Origin: Sphagnum compactum
Taxonomy: Eukaryota
DNA: 64,000 nucleotides
Direction of reading: 5' to 3'
Assembly: GCA_965153455.1 (NCBI GenBank)
Contig: OZ234494.1
Span: 7,812,001 to 7,876,000 of the forward strand
In this document: piece by piece, positions 11,801-24,650 of the stretch
How the letters are laid out: each line of letters opens with the position of its first letter
Numbering within the stretch: position 1 is the first letter of the stretch
Made by a program: the position numbers and the translations under genes
The notes under the pieces: generated by a model
What the model saw: only the letters and a program-made list of their open reading frames with translations
What the model was told of the DNA's origin: nothing
The model's database searches: none

Positions 11801-12671
11801 GGGGGTTTGTGGTGTTGGCTGGGTTGACATGGATGGCGAAGACTTGAAGATTCTTAGCAGCCCGATAGAAAAGGACAGCTCTATCAACGAAGATCTGGAC
11901 AGGGTTAGTTTTCTGGGCAGGATTCTTGACAAGATTCTTGACAGGACAAGGTTTAGTTCTGACCAACCGGGGGTTCTTGACTGCAGGATTTGACATAACA
12001 GACTTGATAAAATTGGAATTGGTTCCGACCCTCTTTGGGTTCTCGACCACAGGGTTCTTGGCAGGACTGGACAAAGTGTTTTTCTGAGCGTGGGGTTCTT
12101 GAGAGGTGCATCGTTGTGCGCTGAAGGTGAGGGTTCTAGATCGCCAATCAATGATAGGGTTGTGTGCTTCTAGCCAAGGCAGACCAAGGATGATGGGATG
12201 GTGAGGGGTGGAAATGATGTTGAGAACAATCTTCTCCGTGTGCTTGCCGATACAGAGTTCTAGAGGGGTTGTCTCGTGTGTGATTGCACCAGAAGCAATG
12301 GTTCTCCCATCAATAACCTCTACCGGAACAGGGGTTGACTTCTTGACCACAGGGATGTTGTGTTGGACGATAAATGTTTGGTCGATGAAAGAAGAGGTGG
12401 CGCCGGAGTCCACCAAAGCTGACACTTGTGGTGTGTCTTCTGGAATACGAATGATGTCCACATACTGAGTGAAACTGGGACTGGGACCAACAGCGAAACA
12501 GGAGCCTTTGCAAAGGTGGTGTTGGGTGAGATCCAGTCGCACGGCTCCTACTGTGACTGGATGTTCTTGTTTTCTAACTCCTGGGGAGTTTCCACAGCTT
12601 GTACTTGAAGTTTGACAAGCTTTCGAGGGCACTGACGAGCTATATGACCTGGGTTGCCACAGTAAAGACAT
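8817..12671 (-). pseudogene. pol (PR-RT-RNaseH-IN-chromodomain) broken by three in-frame stops
   Basis: ORFs 11739-12671, 10032-11543, 9765-10022 and 8817-9716 share one frame. Stops: TAA 11739 (DVF*KINAD), TAG 10032 (TY*WPKM, expected W), TAG 9765 (EIA*LILD). Confidence 0.93.
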
Positions 12672-13409
12672 AGATTGTTTGTCCTTCGGCGAAGTTTCTC
12701 GGCTTCTGTCAAAGATTTAAACTTAGCTATGTCGATCTGCATCGGAGCAGGTCCAAAAGAGGCAGGTCGGGCAACTGGTGTTGTTTGGGGAACTAAGGGG
12801 AGCGTAGTAGGCCGACTGTTCCAAAGCTGGGCGTTGGAGGTGACTTTCTTTTCCTGGCGATGTTCGAACAGACGATTATCGCACCGAATTGCCTGGGTGA
12901 TGGCTTCACTGAAGGAAGAAGGGTCTGCGAGTGTCAACAAAAGATCTTGAACATCATCACGAAGCCCACAGCGAAACTGATCAATCAAGGCATTTTTTTT
13001 CTGCATTTGATTTAATGTATGTAAATTCTAAAACAATCTAACCCACCACTTTTCAATCGAAATTCCCAATCTGTATTGGGAGGGATCTCATCATTTGAAT
13101 CACAAATAACCACCATTATCAATTTTAAGCCACATGGATTGTTTGATTCATCAACTCTTCATTCTAATGGAGCAACAATTTACTCCCCAAATTTCAATTA
13201 TGATGAAACAACATTTTGCTTCTAAGCTTCCAAATCACCACCAACTTTCTTCAATTTCCTTCCTTTAACCATTATAACCCTAAACATTTAAAAAAACCAC
13301 CAAATCATTGTTGATTGTCAATTCCAATGAACAATTAACAATTCTTCGTAGGAAAAGGACCAAAGAAAAAGAAAAAAAAGAGAAGAAAGCAAGATAATTT
13401 TTTTTAAAA

Positions 13410-13930
13410 AAAATGACAGCTTGCTGCCATCACCTTCTTTACAGCAACATCAATAGAAAAAAAAAGGCGACAACAATAAACTTGTTGCTGTCACCTTTTT
13501 CGCTTCAAGTAGAAAGAAGAAAAAAATGGGCAACGACAGTAAGATTGCTGCTATCGCCTTGTTCGTAGCAATAACAACAAAAAATAAAATGACGGCAGCA
13601 AGCTTGTTGTCTTCGCCCATTTTCACTTCAAGCAAAAAAGAAAGGGGGCAGTGGTAGCAAATTTGTTGTCGTCACCTTGTTTATAACAATAACAACAGAA
13701 GAAAAAAAAATTTATGACGGTAGCAAGCTTACTGTTGTCACCCATTTTCGCTTCAAGTAGAAAGAAGAAAAAAATGGGCAACAACAACAAGCTTGTTGCT
13801 GTTGCCTTGTTTGTTTGTAGTAACAACAAAAGAAAATAAAATGCAATGGCAGCAAGCTTGCTGCCATCACCCATTTTCGCTTCAAGCAAAAAGAAAAATA
13901 AAATGGACGACATCGGTAAGCTTACTACCG
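13410..13930. repeat. Degenerate tandem repeat (AGCTTGCTG..GTC.CC core; alternating TTTTCGCTTCAAG and GTAGCAATAACAAC subunits)
   Basis: About 8 recurring subunits with ~60/120-bp spacing; the repetitive spurious ORFs 13450-13635 and 13623-13913 reflect this. Confidence 0.8.
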
Positions 13931-14635
13931 TTGTATTTTGTTTTTCTTTTGTTGTTGTTACTTCGCTTCAAACATAAACCAAAAAAAGAAGAAAAAGACG
14001 ACGCCCATTGCTATCGTCTCCTTCTTCTCAAGCAGAAGAAAAGAAAAACAGAAAGAAAAAAAAAATGCAAAGAAGGGAGAAAGCTTACCTTTCTTCTCCT
14101 GCTTCTTTGTTTAGGATGAAGCACTCCTCTTACCTTCTCCTCTCTACATTCCTTCAACATTGAACTTTCCACCTTCCTCAAGCCTTGTGTCTCGCGTCTC
14201 CTTGAAGCTCTGAGGTTCTCAAGTTTGGGAGCTCTCCCGAGCTATGGCAATGGAGTGAGCTCTGGCAATGGAATGAGCAGGAAATGAGGTGAGGTGGGTA
14301 AGAGAGGGGGGAGGGGGGAGGTAGGTAGGAGGGGAAAATTTTGGGGGCAAAGAAGGGGGCTGAAAAATGCCTGGACAGGGGATGAGGATGTGTTTTTGGT
14401 TCATCCTCAAAACGGCTTGAATGGCCTCATCCTGAACTGGTGCACTGCTGGCTGCTGGTTCACTCCAGGTGTGGTTTGCCAACCCAATGAGGGTGGATAA
14501 AGCCCTCCCTGTCCAAAATGGGACTGGTGCAGTCATGGGGGCTGGGTCATTCAAGCCCTCAAGTTTGGGTTTATTTATTTAAGAAAATAAAATGAGGTTC
14601 CAATTCTTGTCTCCAATTCTTCCAATAGCCCTTCC

Positions 14636-14945
14636 TAAGTACACCCTATTAGTTGGGGGTACTTATTCTGTTTCATATTAATTAGTTGGGAGTGCCTCAC
14701 AAGTTCAAACTTTTTTTTTTTTTTTTTTTGCATTGAGCCAATTTGATTGGCCCATCGCCAAAAAAAGTTGAAACTATGGAGGCTCCACAAAATGGAAGAT
14801 TCCATGGAAAGATGGATTGCCTTTCCCTTTGGCCCACCTATATAGATGGAAAGGGAGAGGACTTTTGGGCAGAACATATGGGATGAAAGCGAGGTGTTAT
14901 TGGGAACACATTGGGAACTTAGGGGACATATTGATAGCCTCATTG
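14636..14945. repeat. Interspersed repeat family copy; inverted partner at about 39440-39850
   Basis: TATTAATTAGTTGGGAG...TTGGCCCATC...CCCTTTGGCCCA...GGGAAC is the reverse complement of GTTCCC...GGGCCCAAGGG...GATGGGCCAA...CTCCCAACTAATTAATA at 39510-39845. Confidence 0.75.
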
Positions 14946-16545
14946 CCCCCCCCCCCCCCCCCCCCCCTCCCATTGTTTATGGTGTCCAAATAGTAAATGG
15001 AGTCTTCCTTTTGGCACATCTGTCACACTAAAAATTGGCAAAAATGGATTAGAGGCGAGAAAGTTACGACCTCTCAAAATAAGGAGTCATTTTTACAAAA
15101 AATTCTCGATCAAACATTTCATAGCCTATTTCCAAACTCCTTAAACATTACTCTGTTGCCTATAGTGTTTTGTTGCCTTTAGAGTTACAAGATGATTTGT
15201 AGAGCTTAAGATGGCAATTTCAGAACAGTTTAAATCACACAATTTGCAATAAAAAATGAGAAAGTTATACACTGATGAAGTAAGAGGGGGTCAAAATGGA
15301 AAAAAAAAAGCGTTTTGCAATTTGAAGAATTGTGTTTTCTTTACTGTTCTTATTTGGCTGCTCTTTTGGCTTTGTATTACAAAGATGATTTGGTGAGCTT
15401 GAGAAGGTTCTCCTCTCCTATAACATTTTGAAAATGACTCAAAATGGAGAAGAATTAAGAAAGATCTGCCAGACAGAGTGTTCGGTGATAAGCTAGTGTT
15501 TGATGATAGACATATCTACCCTAAAGCCATTATGCAATTCTTGTTCATGAACACAAGAATCCATTTTAGTTTATGCATGAACTGAAAGCCTTTGAGCACC
15601 AAGAAAACAATAACCACACCACCATACAAGGAGCCACTCATTTTTGTTCTTGCTCCATGTTTGCTTGTTTGTGTGTGGCTGGAAATGAATCTAACTCTCA
15701 GTTCTAGATCAATGGGAGTAGTAGTCCTTGCTTTTGGATTTTGAGCTAGGTCAAATTGGACCATAGGTGTAAAACAAGCACCACACACAAAGTGACCAAA
15801 TTTAGACACCTAATTATTCTCTCAACCAAAGTAAGTTTACCTTAGCCTTTTAAGGTCACTTCCACAATTGATGATAAGACAAATAATTAGTTTTTTTTGC
15901 AAAAAATTAATTCATTTGTCTAAATCTAAAATCAATTTTATTTTCCATGATATACTAAGATGATGTTGTTGATGATTGAAATTATTTAGATTGTAGCCTA
16001 AAATAAATTATGATTAAAAAAAAAAAATTCACAACCTAGCTTCATTTTTTCACAAGATATTCATTTCATTATTTTAAATTGTATTTAAAAACGAAACTAA
16101 CACTAAGGTAATTTTATTTTTTTAAATTACTAAAACTAAAGTACTTTAAACTATATATGTTAGTAGGTACCTATGATTAGTAGGTACCTATCTCTTTATC
16201 CACTCCACACATCAATCCTGTGACTGGTATTGCCTCATCCTTTGGCGTGCAATCTCCAACACACAAAACCCCGTCCAACGCGGACCCAATGTAATAAAAT
16301 CCTACTTCTTCTTCTCCTTCTTGTCATGCACTCGATCGATCTGCTTTCGCTCTAACGCCGGACACATTTTGTTTTCATTGTCTCTCTCTCTCTCTCTCTG
16401 TGCATCATCGCACAGAAATTTAAGCTTCTTCTCTAAGTTAAATATCTCTCATTTCTCATAATCCATCAAGTTTGTTTGTACTTATTTACCGTTTTCCACG
16501 TTGTAGTACTATTTTTTCTTGTTCGTGCTTTGAGATCCGTCGGCA

Positions 16546-19424
16546 ATGGCGATGAGTGTTGCAGCATCAATGCAGAGCACTACCGTCTCGGCAGCAGTTC
16601 TTCAGGTAACCATAATTCGTAATAATAATGTGTAAGAATCCGCGATATCTTGTATTTGAATCATGATGAGCTTGACTTTTTTTATTTGTTTTGTTGCCTT
16701 CTTCTTCTTCTCTTCTTTGTCTTGCAGCATATTATTTATGTATATGCATGGTTTGGAAATTACATCTGCAATACCTTTTTTGGATTAAGCTCCGTTTACG
16801 CTCTGTTTGTTAGAGCATATCATCGGCTTTAAGCCGTGTTGCGGTTGTTGTAAGTACTTCTAGAGCTTCTCCCGACCACTAAATATTGTAGAATCTACAA
16901 GCGGCCGGTGTGCAAATCTCTTTGCAATTGAAGCAGAGGAGGTTTGAAGGTCGTCGTCGTCATGGTTTTTCAGCACTTTCTATCTTTTTGTGTGCATTGT
17001 TCAGATCAAATCGGCCGCGTTGAGGATCATTTGTTTGGATTTGTCATGGCGTTGCTTGTAGCTGTATTTGGATCTTGGTTTACGGATGCAGCAGCAGAAG
17101 CAGCAGCTGCGGGGGTCTTGTTCGCTTTTTTTTCCTTTTTATAAGGATCTGTTGATAGAGCGTTTTTCTTTTTGTTGTGGACTTGTCGCTTCTGAATGTT
17201 AGGTTAATAACAGCTTGATTGGATCTCAAGCAGTCGCCAGCAGCAGCCGGCCGAGCTCTGCAGTTCTACTACCGAGCTCTTCATTCCTTCCAGGCTGCAG
17301 TGGTTGCACCCAAAAATCGTCAGCAGGGAGGAGTAGTAGCAGTTTGCAGGCACTACAGAGTGCAGCTGCTGCACATGGAAAGAGTCGTATCACTTGCGAA
17401 GCCAAGGTTGGATCCAAGGGGGACAAATGGAAAGGACTGGGTTTCGACACCTCCGATGACCAGCAAGACATCCAGCGTGGTAAGGGCATGGTGGATGCTT
17501 TGTTCCAAGGGGCACAGGGGATGGGTACCCAGACTCCCATCATGAGTAGCTATGACTACATCAGCACTGCTCAACGCACGTGAGTGAGATAAAAAATTTC
17601 TCCCCTACTTCCATCTTTTCTCTGCTGTTTCTTCTTCAGGAATTTTAGCAGCAGCCGTAAATTGTGTAGGTGTGTCTCAGAATCTTGCTGATTGGTACCC
17701 AATAGGCCTGCACAGGATTGAAGCTTATCTTCCGAGTGCAACATTCTGACAGTTTCAAGCCAGCTGAGTTTGGAGCATCAAAACAAGAGTGTGAAAATGT
17801 CAAAGGATTTCTTTTCTTTGTGTGTGTGTACTGCTTTTCGATGCTGCTGTGAGGAATATGGTGTCAGGACTATTATAGTATACTATTTGTGTTCTTCTAG
17901 TGCAGTCTTTCTTTCTTGACTGTATTTTGCATAATGTGGAACAGGTTCAACTTCGATAACATAAAGGATGGGCTCTACATTGCCCCTGCCTTCATGGACA
18001 AGCTTGTGGTTCACATTGCCAAGAATTTCATGAGCCTACCCAACATCAAGGTACTAGATGATCACATCATTAGTTTGTTGCTAAGTCATATCATCATGAT
18101 GTTACAGTTTGGAATAGAAGACGGTTTTTCATGTCTATGGAGTTTGCTTTACAGTCCAACAAATATCTTATGCTTCCAGGATGATAGAGCCAAAATATTT
18201 TCTGAGTAGGTATTTGAGGTTGGCCTTGCTTGACAGGTTCCCCTCATCCTGGGCATATGGGGAGGCAAGGGACAAGGAAAGTCTTTTCAATGCGAGCTTG
18301 TGATGTCTAAGCTTGGAATCAAGTAAGTTAGGTTGCTTTGATGCTATCTGATTTCTGACAAAAAAAATGCTGTTTGCTATGTTTCCTACCTTGCAATGTA
18401 AATGTGGATGTACTGGGAAGAGTATATACGTCCTTTGGCAATTCCAAACAAGCCCTTCCACTGTGTATAATACTTGCTGAAAGATCTACAAGTGGGCTGT
18501 TACACTGGTTGTGATGAGTATTTATGTCCCTGTGATGTTATATGTGCAGCCCAATTATGATGAGTGCAGGAGAGTTGGAGAGTGGAAATGCTGGAGAACC
18601 AGCCAAGCTCATCAGGCAAAGATATCGCGAGGCAGCTGATGTTATTAAAAAGGGGAAAATGTGTGCACTCTTCATCAATGATCTGGATGCAGGTGCAGGG
18701 CGCATGGGTGGCACCACCCAATACACTGTGAACAACCAGATGGTGAACGCCACTCTCATGAACATTGCAGATAATCCAACTAATGTGCAACTTCCGGGTA
18801 TTTACAACAAGGATGAGATTCCTCGTGTGCCTATCATTGTTACTGGAAATGATTTCTCCACACTCTATGCACCTCTTATTCGTGATGGACGCATGGAGAA
18901 GTTCTATTGGGCCCCCACTCGTTCAGACCGTATTGGTGTGTGCAAGGGTATTTTCAGGGCTGATAATGTGCATGATGCTGATGTTGCCAAGTTAGTTGAC
19001 CAGTTCCCTGGTCAGTCAATCGGTAAGTGTGGATTTAATTGAAACTCTCATGTGGGATGCAAGTTTTCTGAAATTCAGTGTATGTAGCTCATGTAGCATA
19101 GTCTTGCATAACTGGCTGCACTCTTCATTGCAAATTCTTGCAGATTTCTTTGGAGCATTGAGGGCTCGAGTGTATGATGATGAGGTCAGAAAATGGGTAG
19201 TTGCTACTGGTGTGGAGAACTTGGGCAAGAAGCTAGTGAACTCCAAGGACGGCCCTGTAACATTTGAGAAACCAAAAATGACAATTGAGAAACTGATGGA
19301 GTATGGTTACATGTTAGTCAAGGAACAAGAGAATGTCAAGCGCGTGCAACTTGCTGAGACATATTTGAAATCTGCAGCTCTGGGTGATGCCAATGAGGAT
19401 GCTATCAGGGAAGGGACATTCTGA
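16546..19424 (+). CDS. RCA: Rubisco activase, chloroplast precursor, short (beta-type) form, ~460 aa
   Basis: Exons 16546-16605, 17203-17579, 17945-18050, 18237-18322, 18550-19022, 19144-19424 (1383 nt, GT-AG, in frame). Motifs: [21 protein letters not shown], Walker A GGKGQGKS, Walker [46 protein letters not shown]; Ser/Ala-rich transit peptide. Confidence 0.97.
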
Positions 19425-21734
19425 GGTAAGTTACCAGGATGCTAGATTTTGTTCTTGCACAATTTACCTGTGTCTTGTTTGTGCTTCCCATGTGATGAAT
19501 CTAGCCAATGTTTAATGTGAAGATGTTTTCTTGATACTCGTAGGTTGAAGTAGAAAAGATTGAGTTTCTAGAAATGTACCTTTGACGAGAGAAATTGTTG
19601 TTGTTGGCAGGTATTGATAACTGCTACATTAGTCAACAGTGGCCAAATTGTCACACAAATTAGTAATGCTACCACTGTGACTGAACTGCTGACAGTGATG
19701 ACAGCCATTATATACTTCAAATTCCATTTCTGGTCACTGCGGAAAGATGTGCACAAAAATGTACACATTGTGAATGGTTTCTTGTGGACCTACAAAATCA
19801 GAATTTGCCTTGATGTTTTGTTTCTTCATACGGTTGAAAGGGTTGAAATTCAACAATATGTCTATCCTTTGCTGGTGGTTGTCAGTTGACAGTTAATATT
19901 ATCGTAACATGGTCAAGAAGTTGGTAGTTCTATACCAAAACTGAAATTGCTGAAGAGGAAGACAGAAGTCAGCTGTGATACTTTTGAGGTGAATAATGTG
20001 TTCCAGGTTTAGCCACTTTCATATATAGCAGTGGTTTTGAGTCTTTTTCTTTTTTCTTTCTTTTGTTTTGGCTTAAATAATCGAAACCAGATGGTTTCAG
20101 GGTTGAGTTAAATTTTCTTGATTACTAGTTCGTGGAACTGGGGATGAATCTTGATAAAACTCAATGATATCAGGTTGCAGGCCAGTTTCAGGTTGTAGGA
20201 TTTTATGGTGAGAAGATGAAAAATCTGAACTTAAAAAAAAATCGATGACTGAATGTTTTTGGTTTGCTTTTAAGTGAATTTTTCTTTTCACACTATCTTT
20301 TAGTAAACCAACTCTTACACTAACCATAAGAAAGGCCACTATCTATTTTTGGCAAGTACATATACCCTAACTCCAACATTTTGTGTTCTAAGATTGGACA
20401 TAGTTAAAAAATAACTACTATCACTCTCATACTTGCACCCAAAAAATTAACTCATTAACGCCCAGTCCTCCCCCCCCACAACCTATTTGAGTACAAATGA
20501 AAAAAAGTGAAGTTTTAGTTATCTTCATTTTACTTATGGCAATCTGAGAAATTTCCTCATCCATACACTAAATTAAGCCTAGTACCCTAGAAACTAAAAA
20601 TCATGGAATTTATAAAAAAGTCTACAAATTAGAATGTGCACAATGAAAATGAAAATATGGTTGTGATGAATATACACAATGTAATTGGCACCATCACTAA
20701 AAATCATAAATTGTCAGACAAGAAAAATTCACAACATTCACTCCACACTTCTTAGTATCAACTACTTTTTCAACATTCACTACAAGCTTCTTACGATATC
20801 CACTCTTTCAGTTGCATTAACTCTTTCAGTTGCATCATGAAATCTAGTAAACAATTCGCAACAGTTCCACAATATTTACATCATAAATTCTAGTAGATAG
20901 TTAATAACAATTCTGAATAAAATGGTAGAATCATTTCTGAGTGGCAATTGGCTAGACCTGGCTTGTGGCCACCCGCAACTCTGAAGCTGAATTCTTCAAA
21001 TGGCCATCACTCAACACATACAAACAAGATGTTCAATCCATGCAAAGTTTGTAAAGCACAGGCATTTTTTTCAGTGTATATGTGGATAGCAATGTTATCA
21101 AGTGGAATTTGCCCACCTTCGCAAAAAAACGGTGGGAGTGGGCACTTCTGATAATGCCCACTCCTGCTGCGTTATCCTACTCTTTTTTCTTACTTTTTGA
21201 AAGCTCTTACTAGCTACTCCCTTCAGTAATTGTGGCCAAATCAGGATGGAACTGCCCCCACCATTATTACTATGCCTTGCAGGTCACTATTGTAGTACTT
21301 CTTCATGGTCACTAAACTGTGGCAGTGATCTTCAAATTCATGTACAGAAAATTCAGTGAAGAAGCTTATCCTCTAAATACCTGGTCCTGAATTTTGTAGG
21401 AATTAAAAATTTGATGCAGGAGGCCAAAAAAATATTTTATTTATTGAAAAAAAATTTGTTTGTCTGTTTCTTGAAATAAAAGCTCCTAGAAAAATGGTGT
21501 ATTTCTTTACTTCTGAGTTAGAAGGACTCCTGATGAGTCCTTTTTACTCCCTTTCTGCTTTGGAGATGCTAGCAAAGCATAACTGTAATAATCTAGTCGG
21601 ACTCTTTTAGTGTAGAATTTTAGAGTAGATGGTAGCAGCAACTGTTCTTTCTTGAGTACCATACTTTTATTTCTGATGCACTAAAATGAAAGAAAGGTTA
21701 CAAAATAATAGAAATAATAATAATAATAATAGTT

Positions 21735-21770
<36 letters not shown>

Positions 21771-24500
21771 TACTATGTACTGACTCTGATTCTGTTCTAT
21801 ATGGAAGAAGAATTCCAAGGTAGGTCTTTCTTTCTGCATAAAAGAAAACATAAAATTTCAGACAGTACAACCTGAAAGGGATCTTTGGTAATTCAAAAAT
21901 GCAATGTTAACATGATATAATCATATTTAATATACACTAAGACGAGTTTTGATGGGTTTTTAAAAATTGAAAATTACAATATGAAAACTTAAAATAGACA
22001 CACAATATATGTGTGTGTATGTAAAATAGCTCGTTGCCTCAATGTGGAAAACTCATGCCTTGTTCCTTACAAAGGGAGAGCAGATGCAAAATATCAATAC
22101 CATAAGGATACCATATGGCACTTGAGATAATCAAAATACTTGGATGGAAATTTTGTTCTTTCCAATATTTGACTAATACATCCAATTTAATTGCATTCCC
22201 TCGCTCCCCCCTACACACCAAATCCAATAAGTTCAAATCCAATAAGTTAACTTATGGTTTGTGAGGTAAACATTCGTATGTATGTATGATCAAGTTAGTT
22301 TAGAATTATTTTACTATGTACTAAGTACCTTACCTTCTTGTCAGATTCAACATAAATTAATTCATAAATGAGGTGTTGAAATATTTGAAAAATTTCAATG
22401 GGAAAGTTGTTGAAATTGTTTTTTTTTTTTAAAATCAAATTAAATCGTCTATTAATTTTGTGAAAACTCATTGTATTATTCTATGCTTGTTCTTTTAAGG
22501 TTGAGTGAAAATAAGGATACATCCAATCCTTTATCCTTTCCATAAATGAGGTAGGAAGTACTGAATCCTGCAAAAAAATTGTAGACATGATTTTTTTTTC
22601 CCACTTAAATTGCTTCACCAATCTTTGCCAATTCACCTTAAGAATGAATGAATTACAGATTGATTTTCCAAAATCAAACATGTAACTATGAGTAAAAATG
22701 AATGCATTGAATGGACACATGACAAAGTGTGGATATGAATTTGGGGTTGAATCAAACTACATCGATTATCTACATAACCTTATTCACACCCAAAATCTAT
22801 GTACGTTCCCTTGTGTGTGTGTGTGTGTGAAATTGATATGCTTCCATAATAAGAATATATGTGTCCAACCCTTTTGTTCCGGTGAAGCCCATGGCCTCGG
22901 ACTCGATTTTGATCAGGCCTGTGTGGCCAAGGGCTTTATCAAGCATAAGGACCTGCACTAATTTTCTTACCCAAAAAATCCCATGATGCCCTTGGGGGTA
23001 AGGCGCCCTACAATTGAAGAAGTGCAAGGATGGACGCAGTTTCTTTAGAGTTCGGTTTCTTCAGAAAGTGGAGTAAAACTTGAAGGAAGAAGATATGGAA
23101 TCAACAAGCAAAGCAAAGCAAAGCAAATCCCATCAGAGTTTTTGAATGTCATTATAATAACTACTACACAAAGTGATCGCCCAAACCGTGTTTCTCCACA
23201 CAAAGTTGAGTTTGGGAGTTGTTATGGCCTCAAAGCTCGCCAGGGACAATGAAGTGAAAGTCAGTGGGAGCAGGAAAGTACTGGGTTTAGGTATCCGTAA
23301 TTGACACACATGCAGCACTCCACTGAAAGTTTGGGGTTATAGGTGCATGTGGTGCGTGCGAGAGAGCCAGGATTCAGTACTTCCTACCTACATTACGCGC
23401 TTCCGAGTGATGCATTTTGGTGTGTTGATTTGGGTTAAAGTATATGGCTGCCTACTTCTCTCTCCTATTAATTTTTTTCTTTAAGAAAAAATACATAGGG
23501 AAAAAAATCATACAGCTTATTTTTTTGTCTATGAAGTAACATTTTTTTTGGGGGTCAAATTTTCACATTTTGGCAACAAAAGAAATTGGAAATTTTTCTT
23601 TTTTTGTTGAAAAAAAAATCAACAAACCTTGGCAACCAATTATTTATTTATTTATTTATTTCTTATTTTATTTTATTTTTAAAAATCATGGTACAACTAT
23701 GTGTTGGAAGCAAAATGATCATCAATGTGTATTCATGTTTGGACTAAGGCTTGCAACACGTACATACTTACCACCAACCCCAAAGCATTCCAAGTAATTT
23801 CCTACCACATTTGGAGGGCACCTTATTATATTCATTTGAATATTACTACATCCCTTATTTTGGGGAATAGCCCTCACCTAATTTTAAGGAATAAAAGTTG
23901 AGGGAACAAAATTCCATGAAGCAAACCCATGCTCCCGACCTCTAGGCAAACAATTGGAGACAAATGTAACCCTTTGGGTAGAAGGGTTTAGGGTTTGATG
24001 ATTGTATCCATCTACCAATAGGTGCCAACTTGAAAGCCATGCTTGAGATAAACAAACCTTTGTCTAAGGAACAAACATGACACCTAGCCTACTAGGCTCA
24101 CACAAAGATTATATAAAATTTTGCCTTTCTCTTCACTCCATATGGCATTGTTGGTCTTATTTATTTTATTTATTTTTTATTTATTTTTCCTTCACAAAAT
24201 CATTTTGTTGGAAATTTCAACATTTCTGAAAACAATATAAGTTAGTGTTAAAGCTGCATAGATACGAAGAAGGTACTCCTTAAGTAAGAGTGGGACCAAT
24301 CGAACTTCCACCTACTTATAGGCATAACATCTCTCCCAATCTTAAGGAGTAGGCTTAAGGACCCCCCTCGTCCCCCCCCCCCCAAGGATATTCATGGATA
24401 TAAGGTGCCCTCCAAATACACTATGAAATTTCTTGGGAGGAAAATAATAGGTACTTAGGCTATTTATGTACACATATTGGGGGAGGGGGGGGTAGGGGGT

Positions 24501-24650
24501 TGGGCCACATTTTAGGGGGTATAAAACAAGGAAAAAACAAAATACAAGTGGGTTTGTGTATAAGCGACAGCTAAGATACAAAAAATAAATAAAATAAAAT
24601 AAAATAAATTTAAAATATGAATATTTAGAAATTTGAATAAAACCCTAAAT
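24501..24650 (+). promoter_or_regulatory. Candidate site II (TGGGCC) plus telo-box (AAACCCTAA) upstream of the GATA gene leader
   Basis: TGGGCC at 24501 and AAACCCTAA at about 24640, just before GA-rich 5'UTR-like sequence. This motif pair is known from plant housekeeping promoters; function here is inferred. Confidence 0.35.

Larger units (their letters stand above)
8550..12992 (-). mobile_element. 5'-truncated Ty3/gypsy chromovirus LTR retrotransposon (Tcn1-like)
   Basis: Gag C-terminus with zinc knuckle CLYCGNPGHIARQC (ends 12548); protease LVDSGAT; RT ([15 protein letters not shown]); RNase H (VETDASD, DKELLAI); integrase HHCC (HD..GH..CDTC), D-D-E (MDF, SDRG, TER), GPF; C-terminal chromodomain (EFEVQEVLDS..YLVFWRGYPPSEATWEP); PPT and 3' LTR present. 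5' LTR, PBS and gag N-terminus absent. Confidence 0.96.

Noticed and set aside
21135..21770. 10-bp perfect hairpin (21135-21164) and opposed (AAT)n/(ATT)n microsatellites (21713-21770)
   Set aside because: Short or simple-sequence structures expected by chance; no functional context.
22860..23330. GC-richer patch with possible exon relics (minus strand VECCMCVNYG.., VLMLDKALGH..)
   Set aside because: No consistent frame or family could be assigned by eye; needs a translated search.
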